Source: an uncultured bacterium
Lineage (GTDB): Bacteria > Zixibacteria > MSB-5A5 > CAIYYT01
Reading direction: 5' to 3'
Assembly (NCBI GenBank): GCA_963698225.1
Contig: CAVOPW010000004.1
Location: 386,959 to 450,958, forward strand
DNA: 64,000 bases
Both the position numbers and the translations under genes were made by a program. The notes under the pieces were generated by a model. It worked only from the letters and a program-made list of their open reading frames with translations. It was not told the origin of the DNA and did not search any database. This document shows positions 10,008 through 19,146 of the stretch, piece by piece; position 1 is the first letter of the stretch; each line of letters starts with the position of its first letter.

Positions 10008-11255
10008 CTAAAGCCCGTATTTCTCGATAATCTGCTCTTTGGTCTTGTGTAGAATATCGAATTTCTTGCCTACCTTAAGAAAGGCTGCCAAAGCTTTGTC
10101 AAGATGATGCTGATCATGAGCCGCAGACAGCTGTGTGCGAATGCGGGCCTGCCCCTTGGCTACGACGGGGAAGAAGAATCCGACCGCGTAAATGCCCTCT
10201 TGGTAAAGTTCGCGGGCGAAATCCTGCGACAGCTTGGCATTAAACAGCATTACCGGCACGATTGGTGTTTCACCTTCCTTGATGATCAGACCGCCTTCGC
10301 TTAAGCCTTTGCGCCAGAACATGGTGTTCCGTTCCAGCTTATCGCGCCGCTCCGTTGTCTGGCTGATCAGGTCCAAAACCCGACTGGCTCCGACGGCAAC
10401 TACCGGAGGAATCGTGTTCGAGAAAAGATACGGCCGCGCCTTCTGCCGGCACATTTCGACAATCTCACGCCGGCCCGAAACACATCCACCCGATGCACCA
10501 CCCAGGGCCTTGCCGAGTGTTGTCGTGATGATGTCGAGTTTGCCGACAACGCCAAAGTGCTCATGAGTGCCGCGACCGGTCTTGCCAATGAATCCCGACG
10601 CATGCGAGTCATCGAGAAATACCATGGCATTGTACTTCTCGGCCAATTCGACAATCTTGTCGAGCGGAGCCAGATCCCCATCCATGGAAAACGCCCCGTC
10701 GGTGATGATCAGGCGAAAGCGCTTATCCTGATGGAGTTGCAGTTTCTCTTCCAAATGCTCCATGTTGGAGTGCTTGTAGGTATCCTGATGTGCCTTGCAC
10801 AGGCGCATGCCGTCAACGATTGAGGCGTGCACCAATCGGTCGGCAATCATGACATCCTGCTCCGTCAAGACCGCCTCAAAGACGCCGGCGTTGGCGTCCA
10901 TGCACGACGGAAACAATATGGTGTCTTCGGTGCCGAGGAACTTGGTCAGTTTTTCCTCAAGCTGTTTATGGACATCTTGAGTTCCGCAAATGAAGCGGAC
11001 CGATGACATGCCATAGCCGCGTTCATCCAGGCCCTTGCGAGCTGCCGCAATCACTTCCGGATGCGAGGACAAGCCAAGATAGTTATTGGCACACATGTTT
11101 ATCACGCGCTTACGCTGGGAGCCGATTGGGAATTCAACCTCGATCTCCGACCCCTGCGGTGCGCAGATTATGCGTTCTTCTTTGAATATGCCCGCCGAGT
11201 GAATCTCACTTAACTGACTCTGGTAGGCGTCTCGAACTGCTGTAGAAAAAGCCAT
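10008..11255 (-). CDS. Kbl-like alpha-oxoamine synthase, second paralog
   Basis: Same family blocks as kbl (GIFKEERII, FICGTQD, TDGAFSMDGD, TLGKALGGASGG). Start at ATG 11255 (MAFSTAVRDAY...), 7 nt after the carrier-protein stop. Confidence 0.8.
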   Translation of the reverse strand: MAFSTAVRDAYQSQLSEIHSAGIFKEERIICAPQGSEIEVEFPIGSQRKRVINMCANNYLGLSSHPEVIAAARKGLDERGYGMSSVRFICGTQDVHKQLEEKLTKFLGTEDTILFPSCMDANAGVFEAVLTEQDVMIADRLVHASIVDGMRLCKAHQDTYKHSNMEHLEEKLQLHQDKRFRLIITDGAFSMDGDLAPLDKIVELAEKYNAMVFLDDSHASGFIGKTGRGTHEHFGVVGKLDIITTTLGKALGGASGGCVSGRREIVEMCRQKARPYLFSNTIPPVVAVGASRVLDLISQTTERRDKLERNTMFWRKGLSEGGLIIKEGETPIVPVMLFNAKLSQDFARELYQEGIYAVGFFFPVVAKGQARIRTQLSAAHDQHHLDKALAAFLKVGKKFDILHKTKEQIIEKYGL

Positions 11256-11262
11256 ATCACAC

Positions 11263-11511
11263 CTATTCCACGTTAAATTCCTTAAGCAAAGCAACAATCT
11301 TGTTCACCGAATCGAAGGCCTTCGGACTCGCTTTGGCGTCAGGAATCTGAATCTTGTATCTGGTCTCAAGAAACACCTTGAGAGAAACCATCGAGAATGA
11401 ATCGACGATACCGCCGGAAATAAGCGGCGTATCGAAGTCGATCACTTGGTCTTCGTCCTCGAGGTATTCACGTTTTACATAGTCGAGCACAATTTCTTTG
11501 ATGTTAGACAT
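11263..11511 (-). CDS. stand-alone acyl/peptidyl carrier protein (phosphopantetheine-binding)
   Basis: 82 aa with a helical-bundle-like sequence and the candidate attachment site GGIVDSFSMVSL. GAGGAG lies 6 nt upstream of ATG 11511. Sits 8-14 nt after the ligase stop. Confidence 0.6.
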   Translation of the reverse strand: MSNIKEIVLDYVKREYLEDEDQVIDFDTPLISGGIVDSFSMVSLKVFLETRYKIQIPDAKASPKAFDSVNKIVALLKEFNVE

Positions 11512-11525
11512 ACACATCTCCTCGC

Positions 11526-13232
11526 TTACATATCATCTTCCAAAGTTGACGTATCACCAATTTCCTGACCCCATTCTTTGGCACGCAAGAGCCGGCGCAT
11601 GATCTTCCCGCTGCGGGTTTTGGGGAGTGACGGGACGAATTCAATTTCCTGCGGCATTGCCAATGGGGAGAGCTTCTTGCGAATGAAATTCATAATCTCC
11701 AGTTCGAGTTCCTTGGAGGTTTCGAATCCCGGCTTGAGAGTGACGAACGCCTTCACCACTTCCATATTGACCGGATCCGGTTTACCGACGACGGCTGACT
11801 CCGCAACCGCCGCATGCTCCAGCAAGGCGGATTCGATTTCAAACGGACCGACCAGATGTCCCGCCGTGTTGATCACATCATCATCGCGGCCGACAAACCA
11901 GTAGTATCCGTCTTCATCAATGCTGGCCCGATCGCCGCAGATGTACCAGCCGTTAATGAACTTCTTGTCGTACGTTTCCTTATTATTCCAATAGCCGCGG
12001 ATCATCGCCGGCCAGCCGGGCTTGAGCGCGATTAATCCGACAGTGCCCGTGCGCGTGATCGGCTGATGCGTCTTCATATCCAACACAGTTGCGGTAATTC
12101 CCGGGAATGGTCGTCCCATTGAGCCTGGCTTAACCTTCATGCCCGGATAATTCGAGATTACGATGCTTCCGGTTTCGGTTTGCCAGTAAGTATCGTGGAA
12201 AGGCAGACCGAATGCCCGCTGTGACCACAGGACGGCTTCGGCGTTAAGTGGCTCTCCGACCGACGCGAGATGCCGTAAACTGGACATGTCATATTTGCGC
12301 ACGGCTTCTTCGCCCTCTTTCATCAGGGAGCGAATTGCGGTAGGGGCCGAATACCAAACGGTAACCCGGCAGTCTTGCATGAACTGATACCAATTGTCGG
12401 CGCTGAATCCCTCATCGAGCACGCATTGGGTTACACCGCAGGACCATGGACCAATGATACCGTACGACGTTCCGGTCACCCAGCCGGGATCCGCCGTGCA
12501 CCAGTAGATGTCGTCGTCCACCAGATCCAGTGCGTAACGGGTCGTTATGTACTGCGAAATCAGCGAGTAATGAACATGCTGGGCACCCTTCGGTTTTCCG
12601 GTTGTCCCGGAAGTATAATGCAGCACCGAAGGCGTCTCAGCGACCGAAGGATAAACCTCGAACTTGTCGAGCGCCATCGCATCGTTCATGTGCATAGCAA
12701 TCTCGTGTTCCTGCAGCGGCTTGGCACCATCGTCGTCGACAACTATTATCAGCCGCAGGTTCGGCAATTCCGGTAGAATCTTCCGAACTTTGAATACATG
12801 CTTGCGCTGGGTGATGATCGCTGCCGTCTGCGCATCCTCAAGTCTGGTGAAGAGCGACTCGGGACCGAATGCCGAAAACAGCGGCTGGGCAATCGCACCG
12901 AGTTTCAATACACCAAGAAACCCGAAATAGAGCTCGGGAATCTTATCCATGAATAAACAAACTCGCTCGCCGGGCTTGATCCCATGCTCACCGAGAAATG
13001 AGGCAATCCCGTTCGTGAGGCGCCGCATCTGTTCAAAGGAATACTCCCGCCGTTCTCCCGTGAATGACTTCCAGATTAAGGCCGTCTTTTGAGATTTGCC
13101 CAGGCTGCAGATTCGATCACTGCAGTACGCCCCGATGTTGATTAGATTTCCGGGTTGATAATCCAACTCGCGTTCGGCCTGATGCCAACCGAAGGATTTG
13201 TAGGTCTGTTCGAAGTTGCCGATATGAGTCAC
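11526..13232 (-). CDS. AcsA-type AMP-forming acyl/acetyl-CoA synthetase
   Basis: 568 aa, collinear with the B. subtilis AcsA pattern (YTSGTTGKPKG, YWCTADPGWVTGTSYG, WYSAPTAIRSLM, GEPLN, TETG, PKTRSGKIMRR). GTG start. Confidence 0.85.
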   Translation of the reverse strand: MTHIGNFEQTYKSFGWHQAERELDYQPGNLINIGAYCSDRICSLGKSQKTALIWKSFTGERREYSFEQMRRLTNGIASFLGEHGIKPGERVCLFMDKIPELYFGFLGVLKLGAIAQPLFSAFGPESLFTRLEDAQTAAIITQRKHVFKVRKILPELPNLRLIIVVDDDGAKPLQEHEIAMHMNDAMALDKFEVYPSVAETPSVLHYTSGTTGKPKGAQHVHYSLISQYITTRYALDLVDDDIYWCTADPGWVTGTSYGIIGPWSCGVTQCVLDEGFSADNWYQFMQDCRVTVWYSAPTAIRSLMKEGEEAVRKYDMSSLRHLASVGEPLNAEAVLWSQRAFGLPFHDTYWQTETGSIVISNYPGMKVKPGSMGRPFPGITATVLDMKTHQPITRTGTVGLIALKPGWPAMIRGYWNNKETYDKKFINGWYICGDRASIDEDGYYWFVGRDDDVINTAGHLVGPFEIESALLEHAAVAESAVVGKPDPVNMEVVKAFVTLKPGFETSKELELEIMNFIRKKLSPLAMPQEIEFVPSLPKTRSGKIMRRLLRAKEWGQEIGDTSTLEDDM

Positions 13233-13605
13233 GCCCTCGCCTCCAGCATATTAGGGGTAAGATCGCCTTCACATTTTCTTGGGGAATATATTAGCCACTT
13301 CTGATTCCGGCAAGCAAATAAGACGCTTTTATCCCTCTTTCTTGTGAAAAAATTCACTTTTAGGCTTTCTAACAGCCCAAGGATTACCGAATTAGTACTT
13401 ATTGCGGTCAGTAAAGGAACTAAGGCGCCAATTGGCCATCTTGACCACGGCCAGCTTCCGGATATTTCCTGCGTCTGCAGCGGTTCCCACCGGAGGCACC
13501 CTACGCCTTCGGCCCCGGGCTGAACTCATCGAGCGCTCTTGCCGTCAAGAATGCCCAGGCGCCAATATCCTCACAGTCAGCATTCAGCAGGAGAATCGAT
13601 GTCTC

Positions 13606-14259
13606 TCAAGAATCGTCCTCTTCGTCATCAGCCGCTGCTTCCACCGGCGGTAGCTCGCTGTAGCACTTCTCACAGTAGAAGTCGTCGTCGGTGAGAAACG
13701 TGTGTTCCGGCTCAAGCGCTGTTCCGCACTTGGCGCAGACAGTCTCCGGCAAGCCCTCTTCTAATAGCCTGACTTCTTCAACTTCCGGTCTGTCGCTCGG
13801 ACCGATCCTGGGAATGCTGTCACCCTGTCCCATAATTTTCGCTACGGGATCGTTCACCAGTTCCGTTGCCACGGGCTCTTCGGGATCATTTGTTAGGCTT
13901 GCGCTCACATCAAGTTGCCGTCCGGTCAGCGAATGAACTTCATCATCGATGGATATTTCCGGGTAAGGCACAGCTTGTGTCGTACCGCATTCCGGGCAGG
14001 TGAAAGTGCCTTCATTTAGTTCCTGCCGCTCAATCGTCAGCCTCTCGCCGCACTTTTCACAATCAACATCCATGGTAGGAAACGGAAACTTCGCCAGGCG
14101 ATAAGCCCGGATCTGCGCTTCATCAATTCCGCGTTCGAACAGAGCGGTTCGCAAGAGTCCTTGCGCTTCCTGCGAATATTCCTGCAACTCAAAAGCCGCC
14201 GAATGAATCAAATACGATGAATCGAGTTGACGAAATCGTTCCAATATTTCACTAGACAT
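13606..14259 (-). CDS. hypothetical protein with two zinc-ribbon motifs and an acidic tail
   Basis: 217 aa. CEKCG...CPECG and CAKCG...CEKC pairs, and a C-terminal AAADDEEDDS. No family recognised. Confidence 0.4.
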   Translation of the reverse strand: MSSEILERFRQLDSSYLIHSAAFELQEYSQEAQGLLRTALFERGIDEAQIRAYRLAKFPFPTMDVDCEKCGERLTIERQELNEGTFTCPECGTTQAVPYPEISIDDEVHSLTGRQLDVSASLTNDPEEPVATELVNDPVAKIMGQGDSIPRIGPSDRPEVEEVRLLEEGLPETVCAKCGTALEPEHTFLTDDDFYCEKCYSELPPVEAAADDEEDDS

Positions 14260-14297
14260 GCGAATCCCTCCTTAATGAAAATGCCTGTCTCGCCGAC

Positions 14298-14778
14298 TTA
14301 ATCAAACTCGTACTTCGTTTCGGCGGGAGTCTGTTCGTACCCGACTCGGCCAATCACGATGTTTGCCCGGATATAGCTCTCGCTTTTCATCGGCGAACCG
14401 TGCAGTCGCCGCAACATTGCCAGCTGCCCGGTGTGGGTCAGGGCATCGGCGATCGGACCTTGGATCAACTTTGTTAACTCAAAATTGGTCGGTAATTCGG
14501 AAGCAAGGTAGTCGTCGAATTTCTTCAGGCTGACGAAGAAGCGTTTGCATTCCTCCTGCCAATCCTGTGGCACCGCGGCGTTCCACTTGGGTTCGCCGAT
14601 CGAGATACTCAAAGCCCAATCGAACAGGTCGCCCATATGCGCGACAATCTGCACCGGCGTCTTAGCTCTTGGGGTCGGCTTTGAAACTGGCAAATGATCC
14701 CGGCGCGCCGCGAAGCGTCTTCGAAGCGCGATATGCCAGAGTCGCCAGCAAATGCCTGATAATTTCCAGATCGGTCAT
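14298..14778 (-). CDS. DinB/YfiT-like four-helix-bundle family protein, frame disruption near 14665-14680
   Basis: ATG at 14778 gives MTDLEIIRHLLATLAYRASKTLRGAPGSFASFKADPKS, then a stop at 14662-14664. The sequence continues as KTPVQIVAHMGDLFDW...THTGQLAMLRRLHG in ORF 14298..14693. Confidence 0.45.
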
Positions 14779-14987
14779 AGGTTGATTCTCCCGTTAGAAT
14801 TGAATAAATCAAACACGAGGAGAATAAAATTGCGCACTCGAAGCTGCAATCACAATTGAAATATTGGGATATTGTAGATTGAACTCTGTACCCCACTTAA
14901 GCAAAGCGCAAGGCAGGGATGGTTTTCGAAGCGACAAATGGTATGGAAACAGACCAGTCCGTTGGAGTCTATTAGAAAACTCAACCA

Positions 14988-15019
14988 TTGTCATCCTGAG
15001 CGAAGCGAAGGATCTGTTG
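14988..15019 (+). repeat. repeat arm R (TTGTCATCCTGAGCGAAGCGAAGGATCTGTTG), copy 1
   Basis: A 32-mer identical to 15413-15444. Lies 58 nt upstream of the GIY-YIG start. Confidence 0.8.
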
Positions 15020-15076
15020 CCATTCTTGATGAATTCTGCTATCATTGCCTTCTGTGTCGACTAATAGGGACACGCG

Positions 15077-15388
15077 ATGTCACATGACTACTACGTTTAC
15101 ATAATGATGAATCGTTCACGGACGCTCTACACCGGAATGACCAACAACCTCTTGCGACGCGTGTTTGAGCATCAGCATTTACTCGTTGAGGGCTTCACAA
15201 AGCGGTACAAAATCACGCAGTTGGCCTATTTCGAGCATACTACGGATGTTCGTGCAGCAATATTAAGGGAAAAGCAAATCAAAGGGTGGACGCGAGCCAA
15301 GAAGATTGCACTCATTGAATCGGTGAATCCACACTGGCTTGACCTGAGCGGGGGCTGGTATGACTCAACAGACCCTCCACCTGCGTAG
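15077..15388 (+). CDS. GIY-YIG nuclease family protein (small stand-alone URI-domain protein)
   Basis: 103 aa. YYVYIM...LYTGMTNNL..R..EH (the GIY-YIG core) and a REKQIKGW block. Confidence 0.8.
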   Translation: MSHDYYVYIMMNRSRTLYTGMTNNLLRRVFEHQHLLVEGFTKRYKITQLAYFEHTTDVRAAILREKQIKGWTRAKKIALIESVNPHWLDLSGGWYDSTDPPPA

Positions 15389-15441
15389 CGGTTCAGGGTG
15401 ACAGTCTCTCCGTTGTCATCCTGAGCGAAGCGAAGGATCTG
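15369..15441. repeat. imperfect inverted pair of R-family arms overlapping the GIY-YIG 3' end
   Basis: The reverse complement of the left arm (15369-15403) is TGTCACCCTGAACCGCTACGCAGG..GGTCTG. The right arm (15414-15441) is TGTCATCCTGAGCGAAGCGAAGGATCTG. A 10-nt spacer separates them. Confidence 0.65.
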
Positions 15442-15466
15442 TTGTTATGTTCAGAGTAGCGTGAAT

Positions 15467-15501
15467 TGTCATGCCGAGCCGCTACGCAGGCGAAACATCT
15501 G
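15467..15501 (+). repeat. R-family arm variant (TGTCATGCCGAGCCGCTACGCAGGCGAAACATCTG)
   Basis: Shares TGTCAT.C.GAGC...CGCAGG...TCTG with the other arms. Confidence 0.6.
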
Positions 15502-15516
15502 TTTCGACTCTCGACA

Positions 15517-15587
15517 AATCCACACTGGCAGACCTTGGGCGATGGTTGGTATAACTCAACAGACCCTTCACTGCGTTCAGGGTGACA
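15517..15587 (+). repeat. degenerate duplicate of the GIY-YIG gene 3' end, including its inverted arm
   Basis: AATCCACACTGGCAGACCTTGGGCGATGGTTGGTATAACTCAACAGACCC..CTGCGTTCAGGGTGACA parallels 15326-15403 (NPHW...W...STDP), but no upstream GIY-YIG body is present. Confidence 0.65.
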
Positions 15588-15631
15588 AGTGGTTTTTGAA
15601 GTATGTCGCTGGAAGCAGATAAGAGAACAAT

Positions 15632-15659
15632 AGTCATGCTGAGCGCAGCGAAGCATTTG
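15632..15659 (+). repeat. R-family arm variant (AGTCATGCTGAGCGCAGCGAAGCATTTG)
   Basis: Fourth direct-orientation arm within 0.7 kb. Confidence 0.55.
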
Positions 15660-15874
15660 TTCCCGTGTTATGTATGTGGTCGATGCCCTGATCGACCACG
15701 ACCTCTATGTCGAGAAAAATCTGAGCAGAGATTGCGATGCCTACAAATAGTTTTCCAAGCGCGTCGAGGAGTTGAGCCGATTCCGTGGCACACGAGGACG
15801 TGTGCCACGCACTGCCGTCGGATCGCCGATTCAATCTTGTACCTTCGTGGAATGAGTCGCGAAACTTATCCCCC

Positions 15875-16921
15875 CTACTCCATCATCAGCACGACCTTCG
15901 CCGAAGGCTGACTGCCGGTCGCAAACATGTCGACCGCCTCAAGGAATTTCTTGAACGGATAGCGATGCGTAATCACCGGGCGCGGATCAACCATGCCGCC
16001 GTCCAGAAGCGCCTGCATCTGATACCAGGTCTCGAACATCTTGCGGCCATTGATACCGATCACGGTCGCGCCTTTGAAGATGATCGCCTTGTTGACATCG
16101 ATCATCACCGCATCGGGCGGAATGCCGAACATCACCAGCGTGCCGGCTTTGCGCAGAATCTCAAATCCGGTCTCGACTGATTTCTGGTTGCCCGCCATAT
16201 CCAGCACGACATCGACGCCGCCGGAGGTTTCATCCCAGATGCGCGTTTTGAAATCCTTGTCGTTGGCGACATTGATCGAAACATGCGCGCCCATCTGCTT
16301 GCAGATATCGAGATTGAAATCCTGCATGCCGATATTGTAGATTCGCTCCGCACCGACGGCCTTGGCGATGCCGCACGAAAATGCCGCCGTCGGACCGTCG
16401 CCGATGATGGCGATTCGCTTGGTCGAAACATTGGCCGACATGGTGGTATAGACTGCGTTGCCGAAGGGTTCATGAATCGAGGCGATCGCCGGGTCCATCC
16501 CCTTGTCGATCTTCCAGCAGACGATTTCCGGCAAAGCGACATACTCCGCAAAAATGCCGTCAGTGTCGACGCCGAGAATCACCAGATTGTCGCAGATATG
16601 CATATTGCCCATGCGGCACTGTTTGCAGACGCCGCAGGGGATATGCGATTCGGCGGCGATGAAATCACCGAGCTTGAGACCGCGGATATTCTTGCCGACT
16701 TCGACAACTTCGCCGCAACATTCGTGGCCGAAGATCAACGGCGGCTTGAGGCGCCCCTGTGCCCACTTGTCCCAATTGTAGATGTGCTTGTCGGTACCGC
16801 AGATCGAAGACGCCTTTGTCTTGATCAGTACCTGGTTGTCGTTTATCTGGGGGATCTTGACTTCACGAAAATCGGCTCCCGCCGCCCGTTCCGGCTTTAC
16901 ACCGGCCCACATAGTCTCCAC
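15875..16921 (-). CDS. tdh: L-threonine 3-dehydrogenase (zinc-dependent MDR family)
   Basis: 348 aa. ICGTDKHIYNWDKWA, GHECCGEVVEVG and a CGVCKQCR structural zinc site. Rossmann motif AIIGDGP. Confidence 0.9.
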   Translation of the reverse strand: METMWAGVKPERAAGADFREVKIPQINDNQVLIKTKASSICGTDKHIYNWDKWAQGRLKPPLIFGHECCGEVVEVGKNIRGLKLGDFIAAESHIPCGVCKQCRMGNMHICDNLVILGVDTDGIFAEYVALPEIVCWKIDKGMDPAIASIHEPFGNAVYTTMSANVSTKRIAIIGDGPTAAFSCGIAKAVGAERIYNIGMQDFNLDICKQMGAHVSINVANDKDFKTRIWDETSGGVDVVLDMAGNQKSVETGFEILRKAGTLVMFGIPPDAVMIDVNKAIIFKGATVIGINGRKMFETWYQMQALLDGGMVDPRPVITHRYPFKKFLEAVDMFATGSQPSAKVVLMME

Positions 16922-17234
16922 GGTCGTTGTCCTTTCCCGGCGGTCAATTCTGTGCCGCCTGTAAGTATGCAGGGATGAACATACAATGTAGATGATTAGC
17001 TGTCAATCGGTATGGGCGGATCAGTCAGAAGCGCTGTAGAGGTCGAAAACTACGGATTGCGATCTCGATATTCGACCTAAGCAGTGCCCAAAACGGTCGC
17101 AATTGTCACCTATCAGCAAATCGCTTGATTTTCGGACGCTTTTGTCTATTTTATCGTCAAATCGAATAATCCATAGTTAGCACCTGCAATTCTGTCATTT
17201 GCATTCGTGCTTCAACTGCTTCCGGAGGAATTTC

Positions 17235-19058
17235 ATGTCTCCCTCACTATCCTTGCTCAACCTTTTAAAGTGCCTCGCATCTCTGATTATCTTTCTAACA
17301 TCAGTGGCACAAGCCGGTGTCCCCAGTTCGTTCGCGTATCAAGGACGGCTGACCGAAGCTGACGGCACTCCGCTTAACGAAGTTGTCGCTCTCACCTTTA
17401 ACATCTATTCGGATTCGCTCGGCACAGCTTCAATCTGGAGTGAATCACACGCAACCGTTACGATCGCGAACGGGCTGTTCACTATTGTGCTTGGTAACAC
17501 AAATCCGTTGACCGTCGGGGTATTCAATGGCAGTATCCGCTGGCTGGGTATCAGTATCGATGCCGGAGCAGAACTGCGTCCCTTGCGCCCATTGCTAAGT
17601 GTGCCGGGGGCCTTTCAGGCAATCCAATCCGACACCGCACTGCATGCCAAAACAATCGCCGACAATTCGGTCACCACGAGTAAGATAGTTAATGGCACAA
17701 TCCAATTTGGAGATATCGGTCAAAACGCCGCCACCAACGGACAGGTCATAAAATGGAACGGCTCGAACTGGGCAGCTGCAGCCGATGCTGTCAGCAGTAA
17801 CACTTCCGGCTGGACTGACAATGGCACAGTGGTGAGCTTAACAAATCCGACTGATACTGTTGCACTCAATACAAGTTCACGACTGGGCAAACTGAATATC
17901 AATGGTGACCTCGGACTAACAGGGGAATCTGGAATTTTCTTCGGTTCCGCCAACGCACGGTTGGAGGCGACGGCCGGTAACAACATGAAGTGGGTCGGCA
18001 CCGATTTGAGCCTCTTGGCCACCGAAAGCGTTTACTTTACGGAGAACGGCGTTGCGACTTGGGCGGAGTTTGACAACGTCAACCGGAGAGTCGGCATCGG
18101 TACGGTAAACCCCGATGACCGGCTGCACATTGAGAACAGCGATGCCGGTACCTGCTGGCTGAAGATTCAGGGCTCGCATGCGACACAGTGGGGACAGACG
18201 GGGTTGCGGATTCAGACACCGGCCAATACCTGGCATTTGCGCCAGGACCTTTACACTCACGTCAACTTCCCGGCAGGCGCATTATCACTGTACAACAGCG
18301 GCGGCGCTATCGAAACGATGACCTGGCTGGAAAATGGCAATGTCGGAATCGGCAGGACTAATCCGACGCGGAAACTCCATGTGAATGGCAGCATCCAGGT
18401 GGATGATACGCTCTATGGCGGGGCGATAAATCCCGCTTTGATGTCGGCCGCCAGACTGCCGGATGAAGCAGGAATTGCTTCGGCGAAAGCACATTGACCC
18501 CGGGGGCATCGCTGTCTCTGACGCATGACTTTCAGTCATTCTTTCACGCCAAATCACGGTTCCGGCGGCCTGGTTATGTGTTGGCATTGGGACATTCGTG
18601 GATAACGTATGATCACACTTACAATGACTATGATGCGGTCGCACTTCAATCTCCGACATTACCACTAATGCCGACTACGAAAGACTCGCATTCTTTGGCA
18701 CGTCAGGCAACGTTGGTACAGGGCGCTATTCCTGTACGCTCACTCCGCATGGAGTATTTCGTGTTACCGAAGCCGGGAGCTATACATATTACTTGCTGGG
18801 GAAAAAATACGATGCGGTCAGTGCTCAAGTGCTTAATGCCGACTTGACGCTTGTGTATGTTCCGACCGCGTATGGAACGGTGGAAACAACTCCCGTTTAT
18901 TATCCGACGCCGCCGCTCAAAGGGATTTTCGGCCAGCCATCAACTGTTGGTCCGAAGTCCCGATGCAACCGGCTTCAGCAGGCGTGAGCGAAGAGCTTCG
19001 ACTGCTGCGGTCGGAGATCGAGCTGTTGAAGAAACGTATCGACGAAACGAAGCAATGA
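17235..19058 (+). pseudogene. secreted tail-fibre-like / adhesin-like protein with C-terminal coiled coil, at least 3 frame disruptions in the last 600 nt
   Basis: GGAGGA RBS and ATG 17235, then a signal peptide and the N-domain FAYQGRLTEADGTPLN...TF.IY...NGLF.IVLG. Frame 0 stops at 18497. Homologous sequence continues in frame 2 (18467-18640: SLSLTHDFQS...GYVLALG...YDAVALQ), then frame 1 (18634-18987: ISDITTNADYERLAFFG...LTLVYVPTAYG), and returns to frame 0 (..SEELRLLRSEIELLKKRIDETKQ, stop at 19058). Paralogous to 37312-38560. Confidence 0.5.
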
Positions 19059-19104
19059 GACGCGACAGCTTGAGTCGCGGAAACCACAAAATGTGAAGGA
19101 ACTA

Positions 19105-19142
19105 AGGCGCTGGTCCTTGGGCGACCGAACCAGCGCCGATTT
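19105..19142 (+). terminator. intrinsic terminator between convergent genes
   Basis: Stem GGCGCTGGT (19105-19113) pairs with ACCAGCGCC (19128-19136), followed by GATTTT. Confidence 0.6.
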
Positions 19143-19146
19143 TGAT

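Noticed and set aside
13414-13428. The 15-mer AAGGAACTAAGGCGC is shared between 13414-13428 and 19095-19109, suggesting a possible common terminator or uptake motif.
   Set aside because: One or two 15-nt coincidences are expected by chance among all position pairs in 64 kb. The flanks do not align, and only the 19.1-kb copy is part of a hairpin.
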